A stretch of 62,207 nt of DNA from positions 188,100-250,306 of the forward strand of contig NW_013657635.1 of the NCBI RefSeq assembly GCF_000142905.1, written 5' to 3'. Position numbers and translations under genes: made by a program. This stretch comes from Thecamonas trahens ATCC 50062. Its lineage: Eukaryota > Protista > Apusomonadida. Under the pieces are notes generated by a model. That model was not told where the DNA came from. It saw only the letters and a program-made list of their open reading frames with translations, and searched no databases. Position 1 is the first letter of the stretch, and the number at the start of each line of letters is the position of its first letter. Shown in pieces: positions 36,001-46,363 of this stretch.

Positions 36001-36471
36001 ACGCTTCTCAAAGAGACCATGCCCGTCCCAAGCCCGACTCCATCCGAAGCCACACAACTGACCCGCCTACCTCCGCAGCGCTTTGCCTCTGCGCGTCGTC
36101 AACGTCTCCACAGCAAGGCACGACCAAGCTTCGTCACTGATCCGATTCGCTTTCCGGAGCTGCCGCCCCAGCCCACCGTCACCACCACCGCTGCCAGGCC
36201 TCCGTCGCAACCGCAACCGCCACTGCCATCAACACCACCTTCTTCTTGTCCACCATCTCGCATTGTATCGCCTCCACTCTCAACTCGCTCGTTCCTCCGC
36301 GATCTTCTCGACGACACCCGTACACCAACCGCAACTCCGCGGTCTCCATCGCCACCTCCTACCACCACGCCACAGCCTGACCTTGCCTTTCCCGCTCGCG
36401 ACTCTCTGCCGCGCGAGACCATCTCGTTCATTGACAGGACATTCCTTTCTTCGCTTAGCCTTCGACGATAA
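33069..36471 (+). CDS. LRR protein with a long acidic repeat and a Pro-rich C-terminus
   Basis: LxxLDLSxNxL repeats at 33150-33905. A 5-nt loss in one repeat unit near 34690 joins ORFs 33042 and 34018. May extend 5' to ATG 32840 via a GTAAGA donor at 33032. Confidence 0.8.
34117..35208 (+). repeat. Coding acidic tandem repeat GW(G/S)DD(D/Y)GEAEVEAEVE(AE), ~20 units of 42-66 nt
   Basis: gagggctgg recurs throughout the region. Confidence 0.92.
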
Positions 36472-36475
36472 AGGT

Positions 36476-39400
36476 TTACGGCGAGAGCTCGAGTGTGACC
36501 GTCGACATCGCTGCTCTCCGGCGGACCTGCTGATGCACATGGGGAGCTGCACCGCGCCGGCGATGGCCGCGACCTCGGCCGCGGCCACCTCGCTGTAGCG
36601 GGTGACTTGCTATGGATGCGCTTGGTGGCGAGATCGAAGTTCGTGGATCCCACACTCCGGGTGACGTCTCCCCGCGAGCCCGAATCAGCGCCGATTGCGG
36701 TCGTGGAGGCGGTGACCGAGGCTGTGGAGGGGAGAGCACCGACGCTGTGTGTGGCCGCTCGCGCACCACCGCTTGCCGTGGCTGTCGCGCCTGGTCGCGC
36801 GCAGCAGTCGCCGCCAGATCCACATTCTCGCCTGCCAGCAACCGCGCCGCAACACATACCGCGTCGTTCGCCGTCCCACCCACAACCGCTTGTGGATCCA
36901 GACGTCGTGGAGGTGAAGGCGACCGCGAAGACGGCGACCTCGCCCGTCGCGGCATCGGCACCAACAGCACTTCGCCTTCCGGCTCGAGCTCGCGGAGTAG
37001 TCCTGACGGCGCGTGCATATCGCTCAGCAGCGCCGGCGTCTCGCCATCAACAACCACAATCGACGTCCGTCGCCCAGTCCGCGGCTGTGGGGATCGTGGG
37101 CTCTCGAGTTCAACCACCACCTGCCGGCGAGTTTGCAGCACGGCCTTGGTTAGTGACGGCCGAGGCGGCGGTGGAAGAAAATCGACTTCGACCAGATACA
37201 AGCTGTCATCAGCCTCATTGGTCGGCGTTGTCGTCAGTACCCGCGGTGGATGCAGAGTGGCGTTGGCCTCGAGGCCCGACTCAGCATCGAGATCGATCCT
37301 CAGCAGCAACGCAGAAATTTCCCGCACGTACTCGTCACGGAGGCCTTCGACCTCGCGACGCGCCTGTCGGTAGCCGCGGTCCATGAACACATCAAGAGCA
37401 TGGATCGACGCGCCACCGACAACATGAACATCACTCTCGCTAATCTTGCGCGACCGGGTGCCGTGTACACTCTGCGAACCGGGTAGCAGTGGCCGCCGCC
37501 GAGACAGCGTGCTTACCCAGTCCGCAGCCAGCTGCTCCTCCATCGCGGCGTAGCCGACGTCCATAAACTGCACAAACTCTGCGTCCTCCTTGGCAGCATT
37601 AAGCTCGGTAGCGGCGGCGACATGCCGAGCCATCCGCGTGTAGTTCGCTTTGGTGAAGCCGTGCTCGCGGCATCGCCGCATCTCTGCCCGACGCAGACGC
37701 GACAGTGCCGCCGAGCACGATGCAAGCGTTGACGACCGTAAGACATGGGCCTGTGTCTCGCCCACTACGAGTACGTCCTCGTTGGCAGTGAGGAAGAGCG
37801 CGGTGTGAGCGGGGAAGGCAGCGGACACGAGAGCAGCAGCGGAAGCGCCGCCTCTGATCGCTTCCCCCCTCCAAGTCCCAGACTCTGATGGTGACATCGG
37901 AACCGCAACTGAGGAGGTGCTTGCCGCGGAGGCAAATCTGAAGTGACGACACGCCGCCGGCGTGGGCCTCAAACGAGTGCTGCGGAAGGACATCGACGAG
38001 GTGTGACCGGTTGAAGACAAGGACAGCTGTAGCCACACGACCGCTCTCGCTACCGAGAACAAGAACCTGCGACTCGGCCTCGAACGCTGTAGACACGATC
38101 TTCTCCTCGGCGCCAATCCGGATGTGGAACTCACCGGCAGGCATCAAGCTATCGAGCGTGAGTGCCTTGATTACGCCGTTGGCCGACGCCAGCACAACCG
38201 CCTCCCGCCGAGGCAAGTATTCAAGGAGCACGGTCCGCGAGGAGAAGATCGACCCAGCCTTGAGCGTCGACCGGCAGACCGAGCACCAGACGCCAAATCC
38301 GCCGTCGATGGTGGCAGCCGCAAAGTACGCCCACTCCATGTTCCACAGCTCGACTTCTGCGAAGAGATGGTGGAATACCGCGACGTCAGACTCGATGTAG
38401 TTCGGGTCGACCATCTCTCGCACCGACTGCCCGCTACTCCCAGGAATGGCCACCACCGGCGCCTCGGCGTGCAACGTGCGAAGGAGGGCCACCAGCTGGG
38501 CACGGATCTCTGCCGGAGACGCTGCAGGCACGCGCAGGTCTGGCACAGAGTTGATCCGACCGGCCGCATTCTCCACCAGCGCTTGGGCCACCACTGTCGC
38601 CTTGGCTGCCTCGCACATCCGCCGGCAGCTCTTGCAGTGCTTCATCGATGACGGAATCTCCATCATGGCCACTACATCGCTTGAGCACTGCGGCGCCGAG
38701 TACACCAAAGTATCGGCGGCTCGCAGCACTTCCTCATCGCATTGACCAACGCGAGCGCGAGGAAGCGGCGGCTGCTTTCTGCCATCCGTCTGCATAGCTC
38801 GCTCGCCAAGCACCTCGCAATCGATGGCCTCGAGATGGCCGTCGGAGAAGCCGACGACTAGCAGCTGAGACGACGGCGTAAAGAGCGCCTTGGTGGCGGC
38901 GATCGCCGCCGCGGATGCTGCCAAGCTGGCGGCTTCCACATCTTGCTTGGCTTGCTGCACCCGCTCAACATGAAGCACATCGCCAACAAGGCCGACCTCG
39001 CCCTCGCGATCGAGAGCAGAACTTGCGGCGGAGAACTGAAAGCCAAGCTGCTTGGAGATGTATGAGGCCTTGGCAACACCGTCAAGGCCATCGACGTCGA
39101 CAGCAGCGTCTGCTGCTCTCCGGCGCCGCCGCGAGACATAGTCCGAGTTGAGCCGCTTCTTGGCGTAGGCGGCGTACGACTGATTGAGCTGTCGGCGGAC
39201 AGTGGCCGCTTGCTCCGCCGACGGGCGCGCCTGTGCAGTCAGCAGAGCCTCCTCCTGAGCGGCGATTCGGCGGATTTCAGCCAGGTCGAAGAACGAGTAG
39301 GCCTTGACTGGCTCGCACGACTCGGCGTCGAGGACGCGGATCTTACCGTCGCCACAAAGCGCGACAAAATGGCCCTTGACAGCGAGTCGCGCCAGGACTG

Positions 39401-40858
39401 CCAGAGCGGCCGCAAGCTGGGGGTCATCAATGCTGCCGCCGCCAGCCTTGTCTGGTGAGCTGGATCTGGGGCCTGTCTTTTGGATCGAGGCAATCGAGCT
39501 GCGGAGCGAAGCCGCGAGCGCCGGCAACGACGCGTTGAGCGCGTCGGTCGGCGTTGTTGGTGGAAGCTCGACGGGCGGAATCCACGAAATGCCCGTGGCA
39601 CGCCACGGCAGCTGAGCAAAGAGCACTGGCTGCTCAAAGACGTGCATGAGAGTGATGACGTTTTCGGAGAAAACCACAATGGTGCGGGCGTAGACGTCCA
39701 GCGCATCGTCATCAACAAAGAGCAGGGCGTGTGGCGGCTTGTTGTACAGGTGCGCTGAGCCAGCCGAGGCGCCCGGGGGCTGGCCGTCGGACCCGGGCTC
39801 GAGCTCGGTCAGCGACTCAAGGCTTCCTGCGCCCGCCTCGGTGGCGCCTCCAGTGACATGGAGCTTGCGTTCCCGGGCGCGCACTGCAGCAGACTCGTTG
39901 GCCTCGGACATCCGTTTGGCGTTGTGACGCTGCGCCGCGCTAGACCGTGACGATACCTGATACGAGGTGTGGACCTTTGAGATGCATCCGGCCGAGTCGA
40001 GGTCCCAAAGCCGGACGGTGCCGTCGGCTGCAGCCGAGATGATACAGTCGAGCGACGAGGCAGCCTGGAGCGCGTTGATGCGCCCGGTGTGGCCTTCAAA
40101 GCTCTCCCACTCGACGACGTTGAGCGGCATGGGCGTCCACGAGCGGATCTCGTGGTCTGCAGCGCCGCCGTGAAGAGCAGGTTTGTTGTTGGATCGTACG
40201 TCCAGGCGGTGAGCGTGATCGAGTCGACGTAGGAGGAGAGGCGATCCAGGGTCGAGACAAGCACCAGTTCGGTGTAGTCGATAATGACAATGGTACGGCC
40301 GCAGCGTCCAAGCACCCGGCCGCCGTCGGTGTCGATGTGGAGCTCAGCGAGCCACTCGATGCCCGGCAGCACGGCGCGGGCAAGCTCGCGGAGGCGAAAG
40401 ACAGCAAACTCGCCGGTGGTTCTGTCGACGACGGCCACAAAGCCAACAACCCGTACCTGGCCGTTGTTTGTGGAGATGACCAGCTCGCCGCGCTCTTCAT
40501 GGGCGGCCATGCCGACGACGCTCCCGGCGCCGAGTGAGAGCGATGTGACCGGGACCAGATCCTGATCCAGGATAGTGAGGCAGTTTGAGTTGTAGATGAG
40601 GGCATACACACCATGCGTAGGGAGAAAGCAGGCAAAGGTGACGCTCTTAACAGCCTCCCGATCCAGCCGGACCGAACGAAGCGGAACATGATGACGGAGA
40701 TCCCAGACACGGAGTGACCATTCGTCGCACGTCAGCAGTTCGCCAGCTCCTGAATGGTATGCCCTCGACGTGTGACCAAAGAGATGAGCAGAGAACCTCA
40801 AATCGAGTGTGTTGACCGTCTCGGGATCCACCAGCTGCGACAGCCCGCGTGCGTTCAT
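36476..40858 (-). CDS. Large WD40-repeat protein (paralogue A)
   Basis: LRVWDL, FEGHTGRINAL..ISAAADGTVRLWDL and FEAHAGGVSSL..SCGSDVTIRVWDL. Three ORFs join via single-base indels near 40168 and at C6 37864-37869. Confidence 0.85.
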
Positions 40859-41185
40859 GCCGCTCTGTCCGTCTCCTTGTTCGCCTTGCCCTCTTCCACC
40901 AACCGTCCGCAAGCCACCACCAAGACAGGCGGTGCCACTCTCTCGCCCTTTGGGTGGAGGGTGGTGGGTGAAAGGTGGTGGGGGGTGGGGTGGGTGGAGA
41001 GAGAGAGATGGCGATGGGGTGGCCTTCCCCCTTCCCCCCCCCCCCCCCCCTCCCCCCCCTCCCAGGGTGCTCGAGCCGAAGCCAGCGAGCCGAAGCCTGA
41101 CCTCAGCCTAAGACCACTCGACTCCCCTCCCCTCCCCCCCCCCCTCCCCCCCCCCCCTCCCCCCTCCCCCCCTCTCTTACTCCTC

Positions 41186-42748
41186 ATGCACCACATGCCC
41201 CTCACTCTTCTCGCTGTGATGGTGGTGGTGGTGGTGGCAGCTGTGGTGGTGGCGCCGGTCTCTTCAGCCAGACCGACGCTGACGGTAGCCCAGGCCGAGC
41301 TCCTCCGGAGTGACATGTCGGATATCAAGCCACAGCAGGCTGTGCTGATGCTGAGCTGCGGGCAGCCATGCCATAGTCTCCAGGCTGTGTTTGATGATGC
41401 TGCTGTGGTGCTGAGAGATCTGCTGCTGGCAAGAGTGGTGGTGGGAGAGTCGGCCGTGGATGTGGCTCGACTTCCGGCGGCACAGGTCGAGCTCGTCCTT
41501 CCGCTCCATCCGCCCGAGATCGTCGTCTTTACAGCTGCCTCACATCCGGATGCCATCCAGTCGGGAAAGGCGCTTGCTGACGCAGTACTTAGTCTGTTGC
41601 CTGTGGAAAATGTGCTGACGCTCGCGCCGGACGACTTTCTTGTTTCTGCCCGTGATCTCGCGACGCCAAGCGGCCCGCAAGCCCGCCGCCTCGCTGTTGT
41701 CTTCACCAAGCGCACTCTTATCTCGGCGCCGGTCCGCAGGCTGGCTCGCCAGTTCCGTAATCATTTTCTGTTTGTGGTTGTGCCCGGCATGACCCTCACT
41801 GGCGGCATGGACATCGACGCTATCGATGCGGCTGCGGCGTCAGCGGCTGTGGCGGCCAACGCCGACTCGCTGGTAGGCAGCTCGAGGTCGCAGCTGGCGC
41901 AGCTCAAGGCTGCATTTGGCCTCCGCTCGCTCCCGGAGATGGTGGTCATCCATGGACGGCGAGGGCGGGTCTTTGACTATGCGCGCTTTAAGCCAAGGGC
42001 GCCGACGCAACCCGGCGCCAAGCCGGTCGTCACCGAGGCCGAGCTCGCCAACTGGCTGGCAGACGAGGCCGAGCGCGGCGAGAGCGCGGCGGCGCACGAC
42101 GGGCTCTCGCCGGCGTCGGCGCAGCCCATCCCGTCTCAGGCCGAGCAGATCCAGGCCACGCTCGCGCAGTTTGCCGGCATCGGGAGCATCGCCCATGTTG
42201 CGACCGACGCTGAGCTCGAGGCCGCATGTGACGGTACTGCCGGCTCGCGGTGCTTTATCTTTGCGCTCTCGCTCTTTTCAAGCGGGCATGGCACGATCTG
42301 GTCAGACGCAGTGCCGGCGTCCGAGTGGGACGCGTACTCGTCCAAGGCTGCAATGCACCGCAAGTCGGTTCAACCCTACCACGCGGCACTTGTGCTGGAT
42401 CTGGACAAGCAGATCGAACGCGCGCTCGGTGTCGCGCCGGCGTGCGTGTGGATCGATGGCGACCTCAACGCCGGCTTCCTCCGTGACCTCGGCGTCGAGG
42501 CCCAGGATGTGCCAGTAGTGGTGGCTGTCGACCGCCAGCTCGGCCTCTTTTGGGTCTACGGCGACATCCTTGATCGTGCCACCATTGTCTCGTGGGCCGC
42601 TGAGGTCTGGGACGAGTCTGAGCGCCAGCGGTCGCTTGTCCCACCGCACGAGAACTCGCCCGCACCAACTTCAATCCTCCCGCCGATGGACGTCCCGTTC
42701 CGGCAGCAGCGACTTGCTAGCGTGCCGTTTACGCTCCGGCGGCGGTAG
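41186..42748 (+). CDS. Secreted/ER protein, probably redox-inactive thioredoxin-like domains
   Basis: Signal peptide MPLTLLAVMVVVVVAAVVVAPVSS-A; SCGQPCHSL; VVFTK..RRLARQFRNHFLF..FGLRSLPEMVV resembles PDI b-type domains. Confidence 0.6.
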   Translation: MHHMPLTLLAVMVVVVVAAVVVAPVSSARPTLTVAQAELLRSDMSDIKPQQAVLMLSCGQPCHSLQAVFDDAAVVLRDLLLARVVVGESAVDVARLPAAQVELVLPLHPPEIVVFTAASHPDAIQSGKALADAVLSLLPVENVLTLAPDDFLVSARDLATPSGPQARRLAVVFTKRTLISAPVRRLARQFRNHFLFVVVPGMTLTGGMDIDAIDAAAASAAVAANADSLVGSSRSQLAQLKAAFGLRSLPEMVVIHGRRGRVFDYARFKPRAPTQPGAKPVVTEAELANWLADEAERGESAAAHDGLSPASAQPIPSQAEQIQATLAQFAGIGSIAHVATDAELEAACDGTAGSRCFIFALSLFSSGHGTIWSDAVPASEWDAYSSKAAMHRKSVQPYHAALVLDLDKQIERALGVAPACVWIDGDLNAGFLRDLGVEAQDVPVVVAVDRQLGLFWVYGDILDRATIVSWAAEVWDESERQRSLVPPHENSPAPTSILPPMDVPFRQQRLASVPFTLRRR

Positions 42749-44063
42749 GCCGACCGTCACGAACGCAAAGGATCAGGCAGCTCGTAGCCCGGAAACATGG
42801 CACGATCGGCGAGCTGGAGTGCTTGTGCCGCTGCTCCAGTGCGCAGGCAAAAGCAGCGAGGCCGGCAAACCCCTGGTAGAGCGAGCACGGGTTGTCGGAC
42901 GTCTCGTGACCCTCAACAAAGGAGGGCGAGTTGGCGAGGAGAAGAAAAGCGCGGGCGCGGACAAGCCAGATAGCGACGCCTGTGGCGCGATGGAGAGCCA
43001 AGAGGGCAAACCCGTTACCGGCGAGCCCATGGCAGAGGCCGGGCGCCTTGGTCAGAACGCCGCGCTCCCAGATGACGTCGCCGCCGGCGACGGCAGCGTC
43101 CAGCAGTTGTGGGGCGTCGAAACGAGCCGCCGCTTCGCAGAGCATGTGGATGGCACCCGGTGCGCCGTGGCACCACTGGACCAGCCGGTCCTTGCTGTTG
43201 CCCATCGACGACGGCCAGTTGCCGGACTCGAACCGGCTAGCTGCAAACCAGTCGATGGTGGCACGGACGTCGGCACGGGCAGCATCCGGAACCACGCTCC
43301 ACGCCCGCAGCAGCGTGTACAAGATGCCGCTGAGGCCGTGGGCAGCGCCAAAGTACCTCTTCTTGTGCCAGGCGTACATGAGCGGTGGGCTGGAGTCGCC
43401 GGCGCGAGCCGCGCAGGTGCGGCCCGAGTCCAGAATGCAGGTCACGACGTCGGCCTTGACCTGCTCGTCAACGGAACAGCCAAACGACTCGACAAACAGC
43501 AGAGCCAACAGATAGCCCGCACGACCGTAGAGGATCTCGTCCGAGTCTGCATCGCGTATGCGGGTCGGGGCGTCGGTGTAGAACGAGATCAGCTCCTGAG
43601 TGTACTCCCAGGCCCTGCGATCGTCTCCGGCCACCGCCGACACCGCCGCCGACACCGCCCACACGCCTGGCTCACCTTCATGAAAGGTGATCCTCTCCCG
43701 CTTGCGACCCGGCTGGGTCTTTAGCGCACGTCGGGCGGCCTTTGCCAGCTTTCTTGCCCGCGAGCTCGCACCGGAAACTCCGGCGGCGGCCATGTGGAGG
43801 AAGGCCAGCGCAGCGCCGGCCAGGCCCGTGTACACGCCAAAGTGGTGGTTCTCATCATCGCCATCGCCGTACGTCTCCCAAACCATCCGAGCTGTCTCCT
43901 TCCGCACCGCACGCGCTGTCGCATCCATGGCGCTGGCCTCTAGCTCTGGCCAGGCAGCGACAAGGGCTTGGGCGGGTGCCGACGACGGAGAGGAGGACGA
44001 GGAGGACGAGGAGGAGGGTGCCTGGAGGAACGGATTGGCAAAGTAGCGGGCAGATGCTGCCAT
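42729..44063 (-). CDS. LANCL: LanC-like protein (LANCL/GCR2 family)
   Basis: RYFANPF N-terminus, DEILYGRAGYL, GAAHGLSGI, QWCHGAPG, GLCHGLAGNG and SLYQGFAG. Alternative ATG further upstream (MPGALAP). Confidence 0.93.
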   Translation of the reverse strand: MAASARYFANPFLQAPSSSSSSSSSPSSAPAQALVAAWPELEASAMDATARAVRKETARMVWETYGDGDDENHHFGVYTGLAGAALAFLHMAAAGVSGASSRARKLAKAARRALKTQPGRKRERITFHEGEPGVWAVSAAVSAVAGDDRRAWEYTQELISFYTDAPTRIRDADSDEILYGRAGYLLALLFVESFGCSVDEQVKADVVTCILDSGRTCAARAGDSSPPLMYAWHKKRYFGAAHGLSGILYTLLRAWSVVPDAARADVRATIDWFAASRFESGNWPSSMGNSKDRLVQWCHGAPGAIHMLCEAAARFDAPQLLDAAVAGGDVIWERGVLTKAPGLCHGLAGNGFALLALHRATGVAIWLVRARAFLLLANSPSFVEGHETSDNPCSLYQGFAGLAAFACALEQRHKHSSSPIVPCFRATSCLILCVRDGRPTAAGA

Positions 44064-44307
44064 CTCCGCGGTCGCTGACCACTTCAGCAAGTACCAGGTG
44101 GGTGAGGACGACAGGTGCTGCGTGGTCTCAGGCGCGAGGGCACCCGGCATGCGTGCTGTGGCGGCGGTGATCAAGGTGTGACGACCTTTTGCTGGATTCG
44201 GTCATTTCCGTCATGATCAGAGGTGGCGATCAGGGGCGCGATCACGGGCGCGGGGCAGAGGGAGAGGGCGGCCACCACTTGACGGCAGAAGGCCAGGGTG
44301 AGGCGGG

Positions 44308-46338
44308 ATGCGCAAGACGTGGAGTTCGAGCTCTTCGTCGGGGCAGGCTTCGTCTTCTTCCTCGCAGGGATCGTCACCGCGAGCGCCGCCGCCGCTCACT
44401 GCGTCCCCGCGGCTGCTGGTCCGCAAGTCGCGGCGACCACCAGGTCATCCTAGCTCACAGTCGAGGTCGTCGGCATGGCCGGTGGTGGCGGCAAGCGGAG
44501 CAAGTGGGCGGAAGAAGGACAAGGTCGAGGATAAGGGCGACGATGGAGTAGCGTGCGTTATTTGCCTCGCTGACCAAACCACAGACACTGGCGTCCTCGG
44601 ATGCGGCCACTCGTTCTGCGCGCTGTGCATCCGGGCGTGGGCGAGCGCGGCGAACGTGTGCCCGCTGTGCAAGGCAGCGTTCAATGTCATTTCCATCTGC
44701 GATGCCAATGGCCGGGAGCAAGAGCAAGTCCATGTGGCGGATGTGGCACTGCGGCTGGAGGATGTGCCGCCTCCTGATGAGCTCGAGCTTGTCTTCTGTC
44801 TCCGATGCGGCTCGTCGGACGACGAGCACATCCTGCTCCTGTGTGATGCCTGCGATGCTGCCTGCCATACACGGTGCTGCGAGCCTCCGCTGCCGTTCAT
44901 TCCGCACGGTGCATGGTACTGCGAGATATGCGTGGCTGGCGCGCAAGCGACACGCGGGCCTGGGCAGCGGCGGCAGCAGCAGCGGCGGCGGGCGCTGCGC
45001 GACTCGTTTGCGTCGCTTGGAGCAGAAGAGGTTGCGGCGGATGTGACTGAGGACGAGCTAATTATCCGGCACGACGACGACCACCTCTATGAACTGGACG
45101 ACTGCGGCGAGGACATCTCGTCGCCCGTCCGCTTCCGGCCGTCTGCGGGGCTCGACTCGTACGTCGCTGACGACGACGATCGTGCATTTGTGGTCGTCTC
45201 GGAGGACGACGAGTCGGACTTTGAGTCTGCGTCGCCGCCACGCGGGCGGGCGCAGCGAATGGCGCAAGCGGCGCGGGGGGCGCTGGCAGCGCAGCAGGCG
45301 GCTGCGTCGGCGATGCCGGCAGTCGGCACCAAGCGGCGCAGGATTGTGGACGAGTCGGACGAGTCGTCAGACGACGACGATGACGATGGCAAGGAGCTGC
45401 GGCTGACTGCAGCGCGACCCACCAAGCGAGCCCGTGTTCTGATATCCATCTCGTCCGATGACGACGACGGCGCTGGGTCGTCGAGCCTCTCGACTGTTCC
45501 AGACACTCAGTCGCCTGAGATGGCGGCGCCACGCGGAGCTGCAGGCGAGCGTGTGCTGGAGACTCCGACGAATCTACTGTCGGGCCGGAGTCGGCGCTCG
45601 CTGTCGCGGTCGCCGGGTCAGGCGCAGCGAAAGGTGGTGAGTGAGACGCCGCTGCGCGAATCGCCGCCGAGCCGGCGTGCGCGACGGCACGTTCCGCCGC
45701 GGCCGCAGCTTCAGCCGGAGTTGCGCGAGGAAGTTCGCGAGGACATTCTGCGGTACCACCAGACGCCACCGCGGCAGGCATCAGAGGACGAGATCCGCAA
45801 TCGGATCTTGGGTGGTGGAGCGACGGGCGGGCGCGGGCGGACGCTGCTCTCGCGCAACCTGCAGGGCCTGCTGCGACATGTGCAAGTCCACTCGCGGCAC
45901 TTTGTCAACTCGCAGCCGGCAGTGCCGACGGCGGTGTCGAGCGGCACGACCCAGACGCTGCAGATTGTGCGACGTATGATCGATATCATGAGCTCCAGCA
46001 GCTCTTCGGATGACGACGCGGACGCGGGCACAGCCAAGTCGGAGAAGGTCACGGCGGCGGTGGCAGACGAGACCAGGACCAAGGGTAGGAGCATTGATAA
46101 GGGCAAGGACAAGGGCAAGGGCAAGGGCAAGGGCAAAGGCAAGAGTAAGGGCAAGGGTAAGCGTAAGGCCAAGGGTAAGGGAAAGGGCAAGGGCAAGTCG
46201 AGATCCAAGCACGCCCGACATGCTCTGGCGAGGCCGATGCCGCCGGGGTCTTGGCGGCATCAGGCCAAGGCGAGCATGGAGGCGAGCGTGTGCGAGGGCT
46301 CTCAGTACGTGTCGGCATCGATCGAGTCACACGAGTAG
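44308..46338 (+). CDS. RING plus PHD finger protein (PHRF1-like architecture)
   Basis: CVIC..CGHSFCALC..CPLC RING; CLRC..LLLCDACDAACHTRC..WYCEIC PHD. Confidence 0.9.
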   Translation: MRKTWSSSSSSGQASSSSSQGSSPRAPPPLTASPRLLVRKSRRPPGHPSSQSRSSAWPVVAASGASGRKKDKVEDKGDDGVACVICLADQTTDTGVLGCGHSFCALCIRAWASAANVCPLCKAAFNVISICDANGREQEQVHVADVALRLEDVPPPDELELVFCLRCGSSDDEHILLLCDACDAACHTRCCEPPLPFIPHGAWYCEICVAGAQATRGPGQRRQQQRRRALRDSFASLGAEEVAADVTEDELIIRHDDDHLYELDDCGEDISSPVRFRPSAGLDSYVADDDDRAFVVVSEDDESDFESASPPRGRAQRMAQAARGALAAQQAAASAMPAVGTKRRRIVDESDESSDDDDDDGKELRLTAARPTKRARVLISISSDDDDGAGSSSLSTVPDTQSPEMAAPRGAAGERVLETPTNLLSGRSRRSLSRSPGQAQRKVVSETPLRESPPSRRARRHVPPRPQLQPELREEVREDILRYHQTPPRQASEDEIRNRILGGGATGGRGRTLLSRNLQGLLRHVQVHSRHFVNSQPAVPTAVSSGTTQTLQIVRRMIDIMSSSSSSDDDADAGTAKSEKVTAAVADETRTKGRSIDKGKDKGKGKGKGKGKSKGKGKRKAKGKGKGKGKSRSKHARHALARPMPPGSWRHQAKASMEASVCEGSQYVSASIESHE

Positions 46339-46363
46339 AGTATTGGTGTTACTACGAGAACAG

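Noticed and set aside
42729-44063. Lanthipeptide biosynthetic cluster
   Set aside because: Stand-alone eukaryotic LanCL; no dehydratase, precursor peptide or transporter nearby.
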